Source of the DNA: a virus
Taxonomy: Duplodnaviria > Caudoviricetes
Length of the DNA: 60,791 nucleotides
Direction: 5' to 3' (one strand)
IMG/VR virus record: IMGVR_UViG_3300023313_000007
Coordinates: 1 to 60,791 of that record
Shown here in pieces: positions 46,727-55,722 of this stretch. A model generated the notes under the pieces. It did not search any database. It was not told where the DNA came from and worked only from the letters and a program-made list of their open reading frames with translations. A program made the translations under genes and the position numbers. The number at the start of each line of letters is the position of its first letter. Positions within the stretch are counted from its first letter, which is position 1.

Positions 46727-47134
46727 ATGATTAACGATAAGAAAGTATCTTATAAAAAAGTTGTAATATGCCCTTACTGTAATGATAAAGCCCTATTAGT
46801 TAGCAGTGAAGTTATTTATGGAACCCATTGGGGGAATATCTGGCTATGTAAGCCCTGTAATGCCTATGTTGGGTGTCATAAGACTGGAGACGGAAAATCA
46901 CCCTTAGGAACCCTAGCTAATAGAGAGTTAAGGTATTACCGACAAACCGCTCACAAAGCCTTTGACCCCCTATGGCTAGGGGATACATCCCCTATGGGTC
47001 GAAAAGAGGCGTACAGTTGGCTCAGTGAGCGATTAGGGACACATAAAAGGGACACACACATAGCTAGGTTCGGCATAGAGCTATGCAAAAGGGTAATACG
47101 AGAAGTAGAAGCTAGAAATACAGGAGATAAGTAA
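46727..47134 (+). CDS. Zinc-finger protein (DUF3268-like)
   Basis: CPYC, CKPCNAYVGCH, PLGTLAN, AHKAFDPLW, HIA. Confidence 0.75.
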   Translation: MINDKKVSYKKVVICPYCNDKALLVSSEVIYGTHWGNIWLCKPCNAYVGCHKTGDGKSPLGTLANRELRYYRQTAHKAFDPLWLGDTSPMGRKEAYSWLSERLGTHKRDTHIARFGIELCKRVIREVEARNTGDK

Positions 47135-47135
47135 T

Positions 47136-48140
47136 ATGGCATATCTGATTGAGGAATCACCTCTAGTAGTGTCCCCAACATTAGCAGTGGTGTTAGGGTT
47201 AAAGAAAGCGCACCTAGTTCAGCAGATACAATACTGGACTACGAAATCAAGTAACATTCAAGATGGGCATACATGGGTGTATAACACCTATGATGAGTGG
47301 TTGGAACAATTACCATTTTATAGTAGAGCAGTATTCTCCCGAGATATTCTAGCATTAGAGGGGCTAGGTGTAGTAATAGCAACATCTAAGTACAATAAAA
47401 TGAAATCAGATAGAACTAAATGGTACCGCATAGATTATGAAAAATTAGAGAATTTGGTTAAAACAACCATAGTATCAAAACGAGACTATCCATCGGCTCA
47501 TAATGAGACTAACGATAGTCTCAAAATGAGTCACTCTAACCATGATACTAACACAGAGACTAACCAAGAGATTACTAAGCGAGCCAATCCTACGGATATG
47601 GCTTTAGAAACTTCTCTAAAGAGTGGTAAGAGAATTAAGAAGAAATTAACAGGTAATAGTTGTGAATCAGTTGTATTACAATTTAGTAAATCTAAAGAAA
47701 AGGATAATAGTAATATTACTCCTAGAACACCTACAGGTATGGGGATGTTTTGGAAAAGAGTATTAGCTGATACCTATGGTATAAAAATGGGTGCAACATT
47801 TTCTAAAAAAGAACTAGGACAATGTAAATTATTACTTGCTCGTATTCCCAGTGATGAACCATGTTTAGAGACTACTATCAAGAATTGGTCATCCTTTGCA
47901 TCTTACTTAGAATCTGAGGTAGGTGTTAAAAATACCCCCAACACACCTGTATTAGGGGTTTTACTTACTTATGCTTCTTACATTGAGGCATGGTACGATA
48001 ATTTTACTACAGATAATTTCTTGCACTCCGAGTGCAAGGATATTGATAACGCAGTACCACCCACTACCGTAGAGTATAAAAAAACTAAGAGCATGACTTT
48101 GGAAGAAATGGAGGCGATAGATGAAGAACTTAATAGCTGA
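47136..48140 (+). CDS. Replication initiator protein (N-terminal winged HTH)
   Basis: PTLAVVLGL...QQIQYW, DGHTWVYNTYDEW, DRTKWYRIDY; internal iteron-like repeats. Confidence 0.8.
   Translation: MAYLIEESPLVVSPTLAVVLGLKKAHLVQQIQYWTTKSSNIQDGHTWVYNTYDEWLEQLPFYSRAVFSRDILALEGLGVVIATSKYNKMKSDRTKWYRIDYEKLENLVKTTIVSKRDYPSAHNETNDSLKMSHSNHDTNTETNQEITKRANPTDMALETSLKSGKRIKKKLTGNSCESVVLQFSKSKEKDNSNITPRTPTGMGMFWKRVLADTYGIKMGATFSKKELGQCKLLLARIPSDEPCLETTIKNWSSFASYLESEVGVKNTPNTPVLGVLLTYASYIEAWYDNFTTDNFLHSECKDIDNAVPPTTVEYKKTKSMTLEEMEAIDEELNS
47468..47534 (+). repeat. Three iteron-like repeats with 23-nt period (candidate origin)
   Basis: CATAGTATCAAAACGAGACTA / CATCGGCTCATAATGAGACTA / GATAGTCTCAAAATGAGTCAC. 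Confidence 0.6.
48020..48038. repeat. Dispersed palindrome CTTGCACT-CCG-AGTGCAAG, copy 3 (inside the initiator CDS)
   Basis: Flanks match copy 2 (TAATTT...GAT). Confidence 0.85.
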
Positions 48141-48738
48141 GGACTCATCCTTACCTCCACATCTTTCAGACCATGTGGCTAAATATCCAGAGTGCTACGC
48201 CTCTAAGGTATTATCCCCCGAAAAACATTACAGATTAGTGTCAGAACTGGAGCATATTGCCTCTGATGCTAATATCCCTAAACATCTGATATACAGTAAG
48301 GCTGCTGATTTCTGTAACACTGATGAGCTACAGTGGGTTAGAGACTACCCTAGTCTTCCTATGGGGTCAGATGGTGGTATATGCTATGTTGGGGGTTGTG
48401 GTGACATAGGGGTACGCATGTTTGCTATGGCAGGTGTTCTTCTCCGTAATTTTATTAGAGCCAGAGTCTTTACCGTGCAAGAAGTGTTAGCTGCGGAGAA
48501 AAGTAATAATCCTATCATAGCAACAGCATTACTTATCCCAAATTTTTATTACACTTCCAAATCTGGGGGCAAAATACCAGACTGGCAAGTTTCTATGCTT
48601 TTAGGGCTACTATACTCCCGCTACGCTAATAGCTGTAAAACTATTATTTATGTAGAGGATTTAAATAGATTAAAAGCTGACTATGGAGAACCTTTTTATA
48701 GTCATATCACTACACACTTCAAGATAATTAAAGGGTAA
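48121..48738 (+). CDS. Degenerate DnaC/IstB-like helicase loader
   Basis: ANIP, LLYSRYANSCKTII similar to DnaC; no intact Walker A; lies between initiator and DnaB. Confidence 0.5.
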   Translation: MKNLIAEDSSLPPHLSDHVAKYPECYASKVLSPEKHYRLVSELEHIASDANIPKHLIYSKAADFCNTDELQWVRDYPSLPMGSDGGICYVGGCGDIGVRMFAMAGVLLRNFIRARVFTVQEVLAAEKSNNPIIATALLIPNFYYTSKSGGKIPDWQVSMLLGLLYSRYANSCKTIIYVEDLNRLKADYGEPFYSHITTHFKIIKG

Positions 48739-48747
48739 GGGGTTTAT

Positions 48748-50991
48748 ATGTCAGCAGGGATGAAATTATTACATAGTATTCTAGCCACAGGCGAAGTTAA
48801 GGGGTTCCTTCAGTTGGGGGTATCTTCTGAGCACTTTGGTGTTAATGAAGTAGACATATACGACACTATCAAGTCTCACATCCAAAAATATGGAACCATA
48901 CCAGCTATCAGCACTATTGAGCAGAAGTATGGCCTTAGCGTGGTTAAACCTGCTGAGCCTACACTGTACTATGTTGACGAGTTAAAGAATAAATATCTAC
49001 ATAGAGAACTTAAAACCTCAATACTTACGGCCAGTAACCATCTCAAAGATATGAACCCATCCGAGGCATTGGAGAAACTAACCTCAGATTTACTATCCCT
49101 ATCTTTAAATGCTAACCAAAATAAGATAATGGATTTTCGTGAGTCTAAAGACATTCTTATGAGCCTATACAAGAAGGCTTTTGCTGATGATGGGTCTTCT
49201 GGTTTGTCTTTTGGTTGGGAATATTTAGATGATATGACAGGAGGGGTTTCTGGGGGCGATGTAGTCTCTATTGTTGGGCGGCCTGCAATGGGAAAAGCCC
49301 AACCATTAACGGCTAAGATAAAGATGGCTAATGGCACTTGGAAGACTATGGGAGACCTAGATATTGGTGATTCTTTAGCCTCTATTGATGGGAGGGAATC
49401 CAAAGTTACAGGGCTACACCCTCAAGGAGACAAGAAAGTATATACTATGGTATTCCAAGATGGAAGAACAACTGAATGTTGTGCAGAACACCTATGGGAA
49501 GTCACATTTCGTAAATGGCAAGAGCCTAGAGTGGTACAAACAAAAGACTTGATAGGGATGTTAAAAAACCCCCAATACAAGAAAAGATTATCCATACGCC
49601 TAGTTTCTGGAGATTTTGGTACAAAGAAAACACCTGTAGACCCTTGGTTGTTGGGATTCCTACTAGGTGACGGGGGGTTCACAGATAGCAGTGTTATGTT
49701 CTCCACAGCAGACCATGAGGTAGTATCCAAAATTAAGAGTATAGTGGGAGAATCTAATGTAGTATTTAGAAGTAATTATGATTGGGCTATTAGTGGATAT
49801 ACTCCTATTATAGAAGCCTTGAGGTACTTTAGATTGTGGGGTAAAAAATCAGAGTGTAAGTTTATCCCTAAGATTTATTTGGAAGGAGACAGAGACACGA
49901 GACTACAGGTCTTACAAGGTCTAATGGATTCTGATGGATGGGTAGAGAAGACGGGGGCAACAGTATTTGCAAGCACTAGCAAAGACCTAGCGGTAGGGGT
50001 TCAAGAGTTGGTACGGTCTTTAGGAGGCATTGCAAAAATACGATATAAAGAGAATAATCATTTAGGTTCTTTTGTAGTTAATCTAAGACTACAAACACCT
50101 AAGGATTTATTTACTCTGCCTAGAAAACAAGACAGGTGTAAGGACAGTGCTAGCCATGCAGGAAAACCATATACCTTGAGTTTAAGGTTAGATGACATCC
50201 TAGAGCAGGTAGCCCCTAAGCCTTGCCAGTGCATCACTGTCAGCCACGCCAGTAGCCTGTATATAACAGATGATTATATTGTCACACACAATACATTCCT
50301 ATTATTATTTATGGCTTTAAACGCTTGGAAGAAAGGGGGGGTGCCTATCCTATTTGTGTCTATGGAGATGAAGCCAGAGGTAATATTCCAAAGGTTAGCA
50401 ACTATGTTTACAGGAGTTCCTTTAACACACCTAATGAAAGGGGATTTATCAACAAAGGATTACAAGGACTTTTTCAAAACTATTACAGGGTTAGTAGACA
50501 ATGACGCTCCATTTTATGTTGTTGATGGTAACTTAAGCTCTACCGCAGAGGATATTTGGGTATTGGGTCGGCAGCTAAAACCAGACGCATTATTTATTGA
50601 TGGGGCTTATCTTGTCCGACACCCAGACACTAGACTAAATAAATATGCGAGGATTGAAGCTAACTGTGAAATATTTAAGACATCTCTAGCAGGAGACTTG
50701 GATATACCTGTGTGCCTGTCTTATCAGTTTAACCGTGAAGCCGTTAAGACCAAGAAAGACGAGACAGCAGGCTTAGAGCATATCGCAGGGTCAGATGCTA
50801 TTGGTCAGCTATCTAGTGTTGTATTGGGGTTAATGCAATCTGAGAATGTGGAAACCTTATCCTCTAGGGTGGTAGATATTCTGAAAGGCCGTAATGGTGA
50901 ACAAGGACAATTTCCTATTCATTGGGATTTTCAAACCATGAATTTCACTCAGAAAAATCCTTTAACCTTAGAGGATATGGATGTGCAATGA
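48748..50991 (+). CDS. dnaB: Replicative DnaB-like helicase with intein in Walker A
   Basis: GRPAMGK/T, VSMEM, FIDGAYL, QFNR, SDAIGQ, LKGRNG. Confidence 0.92.
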   Translation: MSAGMKLLHSILATGEVKGFLQLGVSSEHFGVNEVDIYDTIKSHIQKYGTIPAISTIEQKYGLSVVKPAEPTLYYVDELKNKYLHRELKTSILTASNHLKDMNPSEALEKLTSDLLSLSLNANQNKIMDFRESKDILMSLYKKAFADDGSSGLSFGWEYLDDMTGGVSGGDVVSIVGRPAMGKAQPLTAKIKMANGTWKTMGDLDIGDSLASIDGRESKVTGLHPQGDKKVYTMVFQDGRTTECCAEHLWEVTFRKWQEPRVVQTKDLIGMLKNPQYKKRLSIRLVSGDFGTKKTPVDPWLLGFLLGDGGFTDSSVMFSTADHEVVSKIKSIVGESNVVFRSNYDWAISGYTPIIEALRYFRLWGKKSECKFIPKIYLEGDRDTRLQVLQGLMDSDGWVEKTGATVFASTSKDLAVGVQELVRSLGGIAKIRYKENNHLGSFVVNLRLQTPKDLFTLPRKQDRCKDSASHAGKPYTLSLRLDDILEQVAPKPCQCITVSHASSLYITDDYIVTHNTFLLLFMALNAWKKGGVPILFVSMEMKPEVIFQRLATMFTGVPLTHLMKGDLSTKDYKDFFKTITGLVDNDAPFYVVDGNLSSTAEDIWVLGRQLKPDALFIDGAYLVRHPDTRLNKYARIEANCEIFKTSLAGDLDIPVCLSYQFNREAVKTKKDETAGLEHIAGSDAIGQLSSVVLGLMQSENVETLSSRVVDILKGRNGEQGQFPIHWDFQTMNFTQKNPLTLEDMDVQ
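49297..50292 (+). mobile_element. Class 3 intein (332 aa) with LAGLIDADG endonuclease
   Basis: Ala1 (AQPLTAKI); WCT signature (EHLW, CQCITV, VTHN); Thr+1; LLGFLLGDG and LQGLMDSDG. Confidence 0.88.
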
Positions 50992-51000
50992 CATTACCTA

Positions 51001-51029
51001 TTGACAAGTGATGTAAAGGGTGCTACTAT
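51001..51029 (+). promoter_or_regulatory. sigma70-type promoter
   Basis: TTGACA-17 nt-TACTAT. Confidence 0.7.
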
Positions 51030-51054
51030 TCTCGGCATGGACAAGGAGGTCGCA

Positions 51055-51264
51055 ATGCAATCATCTAACAACATTGATATTACTGCTAACATGAATGAAA
51101 TCGAAAAAGGTATTTATGCCAGTTATTTAGACTGGTTAAATAACTATCTAACTACAGTTAGTTTTGCCGAAGCCAATAACATGGATATTGATATAGCCAC
51201 CCGTATTATTGATTTAGGCCGCTCTATTTTAGTTAGACATGAGAGGGCTCTAGGTAATGAATGA
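51055..51264 (+). CDS. Hypothetical protein
   Basis: AAGGAGG SD; YLDWLNNYLT...FAE motif common in small phage proteins. Confidence 0.6.
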   Translation: MQSSNNIDITANMNEIEKGIYASYLDWLNNYLTTVSFAEANNMDIDIATRIIDLGRSILVRHERALGNE

Positions 51265-51607
51265 CAACACTTTAACCTTACTAAAATCTGAGTTACATAG
51301 GCTAAGGACTAACCCCAGAATACCTACCCAACAGATACCAAATTTTATGCTTATATATATGGAGGAGCTTATGGCCGAAGAAGAAACCTTACTTAACTCA
51401 GAGGCTTACATTTTCTTGAACGAGTGGGCAGAAACTTTTGAACACACTGAGGGTCAGGTCTATGAGCCTAATTTCAAATACCCTAAAATAGTTATAACCC
51501 CCTACTCTCACTATTATCAGTTTTCTGATGGGTCTGTGGTAGTAGTTGAATATGATGGTGTTATGACCCCTCTGCGCGATGTTGGGGATATTAAGGAGAT
51601 GCTTTGA
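51257..51607 (+). CDS. Hypothetical protein
   Basis: Coupled ORF. Confidence 0.55.
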   Translation: MNDNTLTLLKSELHRLRTNPRIPTQQIPNFMLIYMEELMAEEETLLNSEAYIFLNEWAETFEHTEGQVYEPNFKYPKIVITPYSHYYQFSDGSVVVVEYDGVMTPLRDVGDIKEML

Positions 51608-51933
51608 TGTATATAGTCAATATTGATACTTGTGGGGCTTGTGAGGGTGCAGGCCATTGCTCTGACCTATGTACCACATGTAACGGTAGTGGTGAAGGAA
51701 TGTATGATGGTAGTTATTGCTCTACTTGTGGGGGTTCTGGAGAGTGTGACGATACTTGTACTATCTGTGAGGGGTCTGGAAAATCTACACCAGAGCATTA
51801 TTACATTTACAATGTTAATGCTACAGAAGAACAATATGAGGTGTTACCCGAACATTTAGTGAAGTGGCAGCGAGAGCACATATACACAGATGTTGAGTAT
51901 GAAATAGAACTTATACCAGAGCAAGGAGCCTAG
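51604..51933 (+). CDS. DnaJ-type CxxCxGxG zinc-finger protein
   Basis: Four CxxCxGxG motifs; no J-domain. Confidence 0.7.
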   Translation: MMYIVNIDTCGACEGAGHCSDLCTTCNGSGEGMYDGSYCSTCGGSGECDDTCTICEGSGKSTPEHYYIYNVNATEEQYEVLPEHLVKWQREHIYTDVEYEIELIPEQGA

Positions 51934-51934
51934 T

Positions 51935-52234
51935 ATGAAACGAAAAGCAGGAAGATTTGTCCCCATCAAAGATGAAGTTGTTAAAGAGTGGCTCCAGATG
52001 CGTATGAAAGGCATAACTACTACCGTTATCGCTAAAAAGTATAAGGTTAATACCTCTACTGTTATTAGAAAAACGCGGGATATGTTAGGTGGAGCAGATT
52101 TATTTAATAAGAAAACTTCAGTTAGCTCTAAAAGAGCAAGACTTCACCCAATCATGTATGCGTTAGGAAGTTCAAGCGGATGGGTTAGTCGTACAGATTA
52201 TGACTATGGCACTAAATATATGAGTAGGAGTTAA
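51935..52234 (+). CDS. Putative HTH DNA-binding protein
   Basis: GITTTVIAKKYKVNTSTVIRK. Confidence 0.55.
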   Translation: MKRKAGRFVPIKDEVVKEWLQMRMKGITTTVIAKKYKVNTSTVIRKTRDMLGGADLFNKKTSVSSKRARLHPIMYALGSSSGWVSRTDYDYGTKYMSRS

Positions 52235-52236
52235 AG

Positions 52237-52665
52237 ATGAAGCAACATAAACATTGTAAATTGATTAAAGCTTGGGCTGATGGTGCTGAAATTCAATATC
52301 GCAGCCGAATAGATTGGCATAATGCTACTCCACCATATTGGGAGGACAGCTTAGACTATCGCATTAAACCAAAAGAATTTGAAATGACCAAAGACGATTG
52401 GAAGCGTGTGATTGATGAAGGTTTTTATGTGAGGTACAATGGTGTTGCAGAAATAACTAAACTTAATGTTATTTTAGAGCCTGCTGCTTGCGAGGTTGTA
52501 CGCGAAGTTGGATTGCGCCAGCCGCACTTTCAAGGTGATAAACACCCTACAGGCAATGTGATGGTTATTACTAACTACGGCAGAGGTTTGATTGAAGGTT
52601 ATACTGAATTGGCTAGTGATGCTAACTGGGAAAGCGTCACTGAATACATTGTGTTAGGAGATTAA
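52237..52665 (+). CDS. Hypothetical protein (tandem paralogue 1)
   Basis: HKHCKLIKAWADGAEIQ...YRIKP; duplicated downstream. Confidence 0.7.
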   Translation: MKQHKHCKLIKAWADGAEIQYRSRIDWHNATPPYWEDSLDYRIKPKEFEMTKDDWKRVIDEGFYVRYNGVAEITKLNVILEPAACEVVREVGLRQPHFQGDKHPTGNVMVITNYGRGLIEGYTELASDANWESVTEYIVLGD

Positions 52666-52668
52666 ATT

Positions 52669-53118
52669 ATGAAACAACATAAACATTGTGAACTAATTAA
52701 AGCATGGGCAGATGGGGCAGAAATACAAATACTTTACGGCGACAATGACTGGTGTGATTGCAGTAACTCTATATCATGGATTGATAACGCCAAGTATCGT
52801 ATCAAGCCCAAAGAATATGAAATGACCAAAGACGATTGGAAGCGTGTGATTGACGACGGGTTTCTAGTGTATAATTCAGCACGAACAGACTTTGTAGCTT
52901 TTCGTGAGGAAATACTCAGTTACTTAGATACTCCTATTAAGGTTGTACGCCAAGCAGGTATTCGCCAACCACACTTCCAAGGCGATAAACACCCAGAAGG
53001 GTGTACACTTGTTGTTGCTAAATGCGGGGGCTCTTACGATGCTTTTTACGATGAAACTCACTATGCAGGTGATTTGGACTGGTCAGAAGTCACTGAATAC
53101 ATTGTGTTAGGAGATTAA
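52669..53118 (+). CDS. Hypothetical protein (tandem paralogue 2)
   Basis: Shares identical blocks with 52237..52665. Confidence 0.7.
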   Translation: MKQHKHCELIKAWADGAEIQILYGDNDWCDCSNSISWIDNAKYRIKPKEYEMTKDDWKRVIDDGFLVYNSARTDFVAFREEILSYLDTPIKVVRQAGIRQPHFQGDKHPEGCTLVVAKCGGSYDAFYDETHYAGDLDWSEVTEYIVLGD

Positions 53119-53121
53119 ATT

Positions 53122-53523
53122 ATGTTTGATACTTATCAAGTAAGAGCAGTGACAGAGCATGTTACTAGAAAGGTGCATGAACATAGAGCACCAACAGATG
53201 AGTCCGTAAAACTTCTTCGAGAAATGGAAGCGCAAGCTAAATCTGAAGTTGTGGACTCTATTCATCTAAAAGACAACACTTTCGATGCAAAACTCTACAT
53301 CTCAAAAGAGCTTATGTCTCTGCAACGCCGTTACACTATTAGATTTAAGCTAAATAATGAGAAGTTTGAGGTTGTTAAGTTGTTTGATGAGCTTAACTTT
53401 GACGCATTCGATGCTCTTAGTGAAATTCACAAAGCAATGTCCGATAAAATATCGGCTATTATTTTAGATAAATCCATAGGTGACCTTCAAAGAGGCGGTT
53501 TGAAGGTTTCTAGCCATGAATAA
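53122..53523 (+). CDS. Hypothetical protein
   Basis: HEHRAPTDESVKLLREME; SD AGGAG. Confidence 0.6.
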   Translation: MFDTYQVRAVTEHVTRKVHEHRAPTDESVKLLREMEAQAKSEVVDSIHLKDNTFDAKLYISKELMSLQRRYTIRFKLNNEKFEVVKLFDELNFDAFDALSEIHKAMSDKISAIILDKSIGDLQRGGLKVSSHE

Positions 53524-53923
53524 ACAAGAGGTTGAGGTTAATAAAGATAATCTAAGTGGTGCTACCTTAAGTGATGCTAATTTAAGAAACGCTGATTTAA
53601 CAGCCGCTAATCTAATGGGGGCTAATTTAAGACACGCCAATTTAAGACGCACTAATTTAAGACACGCTTGTTTAGAACTATCTGATTTAAGAAATGCTGA
53701 TATACGATATTCAATAGGTAATGGTGATGAGGTAAAAACAATACAAACAGAATATTATCATATTTCATACACCAATAAAGAAATGGCTATAGGCTGCAAA
53801 CAATACACTATTGAGGAATGGTTTAATTTCAGTGATGAAGAATTAAACAATATGGGCTTAATAGCACTTGAGTTTTGGAAAAAGTGGAAACCAATTCTTA
53901 AAAGTATTATGGAGGTTGAATAA
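53516..53923 (+). CDS. Pentapeptide repeat protein
   Basis: A(N/D/T)Lxx repeats, then AIGCKQYTIEEWFNF domain. Confidence 0.85.
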   Translation: MNKQEVEVNKDNLSGATLSDANLRNADLTAANLMGANLRHANLRRTNLRHACLELSDLRNADIRYSIGNGDEVKTIQTEYYHISYTNKEMAIGCKQYTIEEWFNFSDEELNNMGLIALEFWKKWKPILKSIMEVE

Positions 53924-54306
53924 TGAAACATATTTTAATATCAGCAATAATTTACACAGTAGTCTTGTTAATTGTATTCGGCGGAGTGCCACCGTTTTAT
54001 GATTTACCTCCAGTGTTTAGGGTCTTATCGCTAGCGGCGAGTGGTTTACTTATTACTCTTATATATTTCATAATGAAGGGGTTAACTATGAATGGGGAAA
54101 GTGAATTTGAAAAATCGTTTAAGTGCCATACCACAGTTAAGGTCAAGCGGTCTAACAAGCGTGGTTATTTGGTTGAAGCAGTCTGTATGCGTGATGATTA
54201 TACCTTAGAGTTCAATGCGTTTTCTTTTAATAAAGACTTAGATATTGCAGAAGCAAGCGCAATTAAGAAAGCAGAAGTTAGATGCAAGGCTTACACTAAT
54301 GAATAA
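53923..54306 (+). CDS. Membrane protein (2 TM) with soluble C-terminal part
   Basis: Two hydrophobic helices; internal in-frame ATG (MNGES) with its own SD-like GAAGGGG. Confidence 0.5.
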   Translation: MKHILISAIIYTVVLLIVFGGVPPFYDLPPVFRVLSLAASGLLITLIYFIMKGLTMNGESEFEKSFKCHTTVKVKRSNKRGYLVEAVCMRDDYTLEFNAFSFNKDLDIAEASAIKKAEVRCKAYTNE

Positions 54307-54571
54307 ACGAGAAGTGAATATCGAAGCAGCTAAGATGTTAGCTAGTTCGGCATTTCTAGGTATTGCATCTTACAAGTATTCAAAGGTTGACATATTCAAT
54401 AACCCTGCCGACTGCTTAGCAGTGGTGAAGATGTTGAGAGAGCAATATGATGTAGTATCCGAGTCATTTGATGGGCTAGGGTGCTTTGTATTAAACTCAA
54501 AAGGTGGCTATACGCATGTTACTGAGTTCAAAGGATGGCTCCTTACTCAGAAGCTGTTGCTGCGGCAGTGA
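54299..54571 (+). CDS. Hypothetical protein, possibly frameshifted near the 3' end
   Basis: DIFNNPADCLAVV motif; the -1 frame gives a more natural end coupled to the next ATG. Confidence 0.45.
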   Translation: MNKREVNIEAAKMLASSAFLGIASYKYSKVDIFNNPADCLAVVKMLREQYDVVSESFDGLGCFVLNSKGGYTHVTEFKGWLLTQKLLLRQ

Positions 54572-54583
54572 TGGATGTAAGCG

Positions 54584-54781
54584 ATGAATAGCTATGGTGA
54601 TGGGACTAAATACAGAGGTGTTGGCACTACGACATTGGTTGATGGCAACCAAAGCGAGCTTGCATACAGGCTGCTAATTGCACTGCACGATGCAATCAAT
54701 CGACCGAAGGGTGTCGTGCCTGCCAGTGCTGAAGCATTCTATGACCCTCAAACTTACTATGCCGATGTTCTGGAGTGGTGA
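54584..54781 (+). CDS. Hypothetical protein
   Basis: 65-aa ORF, ALHDAINRPKGVVP. Confidence 0.5.
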   Translation: MNSYGDGTKYRGVGTTTLVDGNQSELAYRLLIALHDAINRPKGVVPASAEAFYDPQTYYADVLEW

Positions 54782-54829
54782 TGATATTTGACCTACTGAC
54801 AGGCTAGAGCTTTAAGAAAGGAGGAATAA

Positions 54830-55057
54830 ATGAAATTGTGCAAAGATTGCAAATATAGTATGTATAAACAATGTCACGCCCCTCAGAATTATAAAGACTC
54901 TGTTGATTTAGTTACGGGGGAAAAAGGCCTAGAACTTAGTAGCTTTATAATGTGTGGGGCTCATAGAGAGCTTAATTGGATAGACTCATTACTTTATAGA
55001 AGTTGTGGGAAGCGAGGTAGATGGTTTAAGGCAAAAGAAGATGAGGTAGTAGGTTAG
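54830..55057 (+). CDS. Cys-rich hypothetical protein
   Basis: CKDCKY...C...C...CGKRGRWF; strong AAGGAGG SD. Confidence 0.6.
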   Translation: MKLCKDCKYSMYKQCHAPQNYKDSVDLVTGEKGLELSSFIMCGAHRELNWIDSLLYRSCGKRGRWFKAKEDEVVG

Positions 55058-55088
55058 ATGGACATGCCTAGTATCAAGGAGAAATGAT

Positions 55089-55298
55089 ATGACTAAACAA
55101 GAAGCTGTTAAATTTGCGTTGTATATTTTAGGTGAAGCTTATAGGTCAGACTGGCAATGGGCTGACGGTCGGCAAATGCAGAGTGAATTTGAGTACATTA
55201 GTTCTATTTTTGATATGGACTCAGTGCCAAGTGAAGAAGACATTATGGCTAGGTTCGATATTGATAAAGGTGATTTCGGTTATGGTTGGAAGCTATGA
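55089..55298 (+). CDS. Hypothetical protein
   Basis: AAGGAG SD. Confidence 0.55.
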   Translation: MTKQEAVKFALYILGEAYRSDWQWADGRQMQSEFEYISSIFDMDSVPSEEDIMARFDIDKGDFGYGWKL

Positions 55299-55570
55299 GT
55301 GGTGGACATTTTGAGTACAAACAATATTACATTAGAGATATTGCAGAAACCATTAAAGATGAAATCCTATTGAATGACGACACTGATGAATATGGCGGAG
55401 ACAGGTACAAGTATTCAGATGAAACGATTGCTGAGTTTAAGAAAGGTGTTGCGTTATTAGAGAAGGCTGCAATCTATGCACAGCGCATAGATTGGTTGTT
55501 AAGTTGTGATGATGGGGAGGATAGTTTCCATGAACGATTGAAAGAAGAATTACAGGAGTTAAATAAATGA
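55295..55570 (+). CDS. Hypothetical protein
   Basis: MSGGHFEY...RIDWLLSCDDGEDSF, a recurrent phage family. Confidence 0.65.
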   Translation: MSGGHFEYKQYYIRDIAETIKDEILLNDDTDEYGGDRYKYSDETIAEFKKGVALLEKAAIYAQRIDWLLSCDDGEDSFHERLKEELQELNK

Positions 55571-55722
55571 GAGAAGATTTATTGGAATTATTGCAAGCTA
55601 CAAGCAGGCTAGAAGGATTTGTTATTGCTAAGTCTGGCTTAGAAAGACCTAAACAGGTTGGGGATGACCTAGAATTGATTACTAGAATTGTATTAAAGCT
55701 TATTGATACGGAGGCTAAATGA
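55567..55722 (+). CDS. Small hypothetical protein (51 aa, below ORF-track cutoff)
   Basis: MREDLLELLQ...DTEAK*; AGGAG SD; ATGA overlaps on both sides. Confidence 0.5.
   Translation: MREDLLELLQATSRLEGFVIAKSGLERPKQVGDDLELITRIVLKLIDTEAK

Noticed and set aside
8468-48038. Palindromic copies as a CRISPR array
   Set aside because: Copies are kilobases apart with no regular spacers, and no cas genes were seen.
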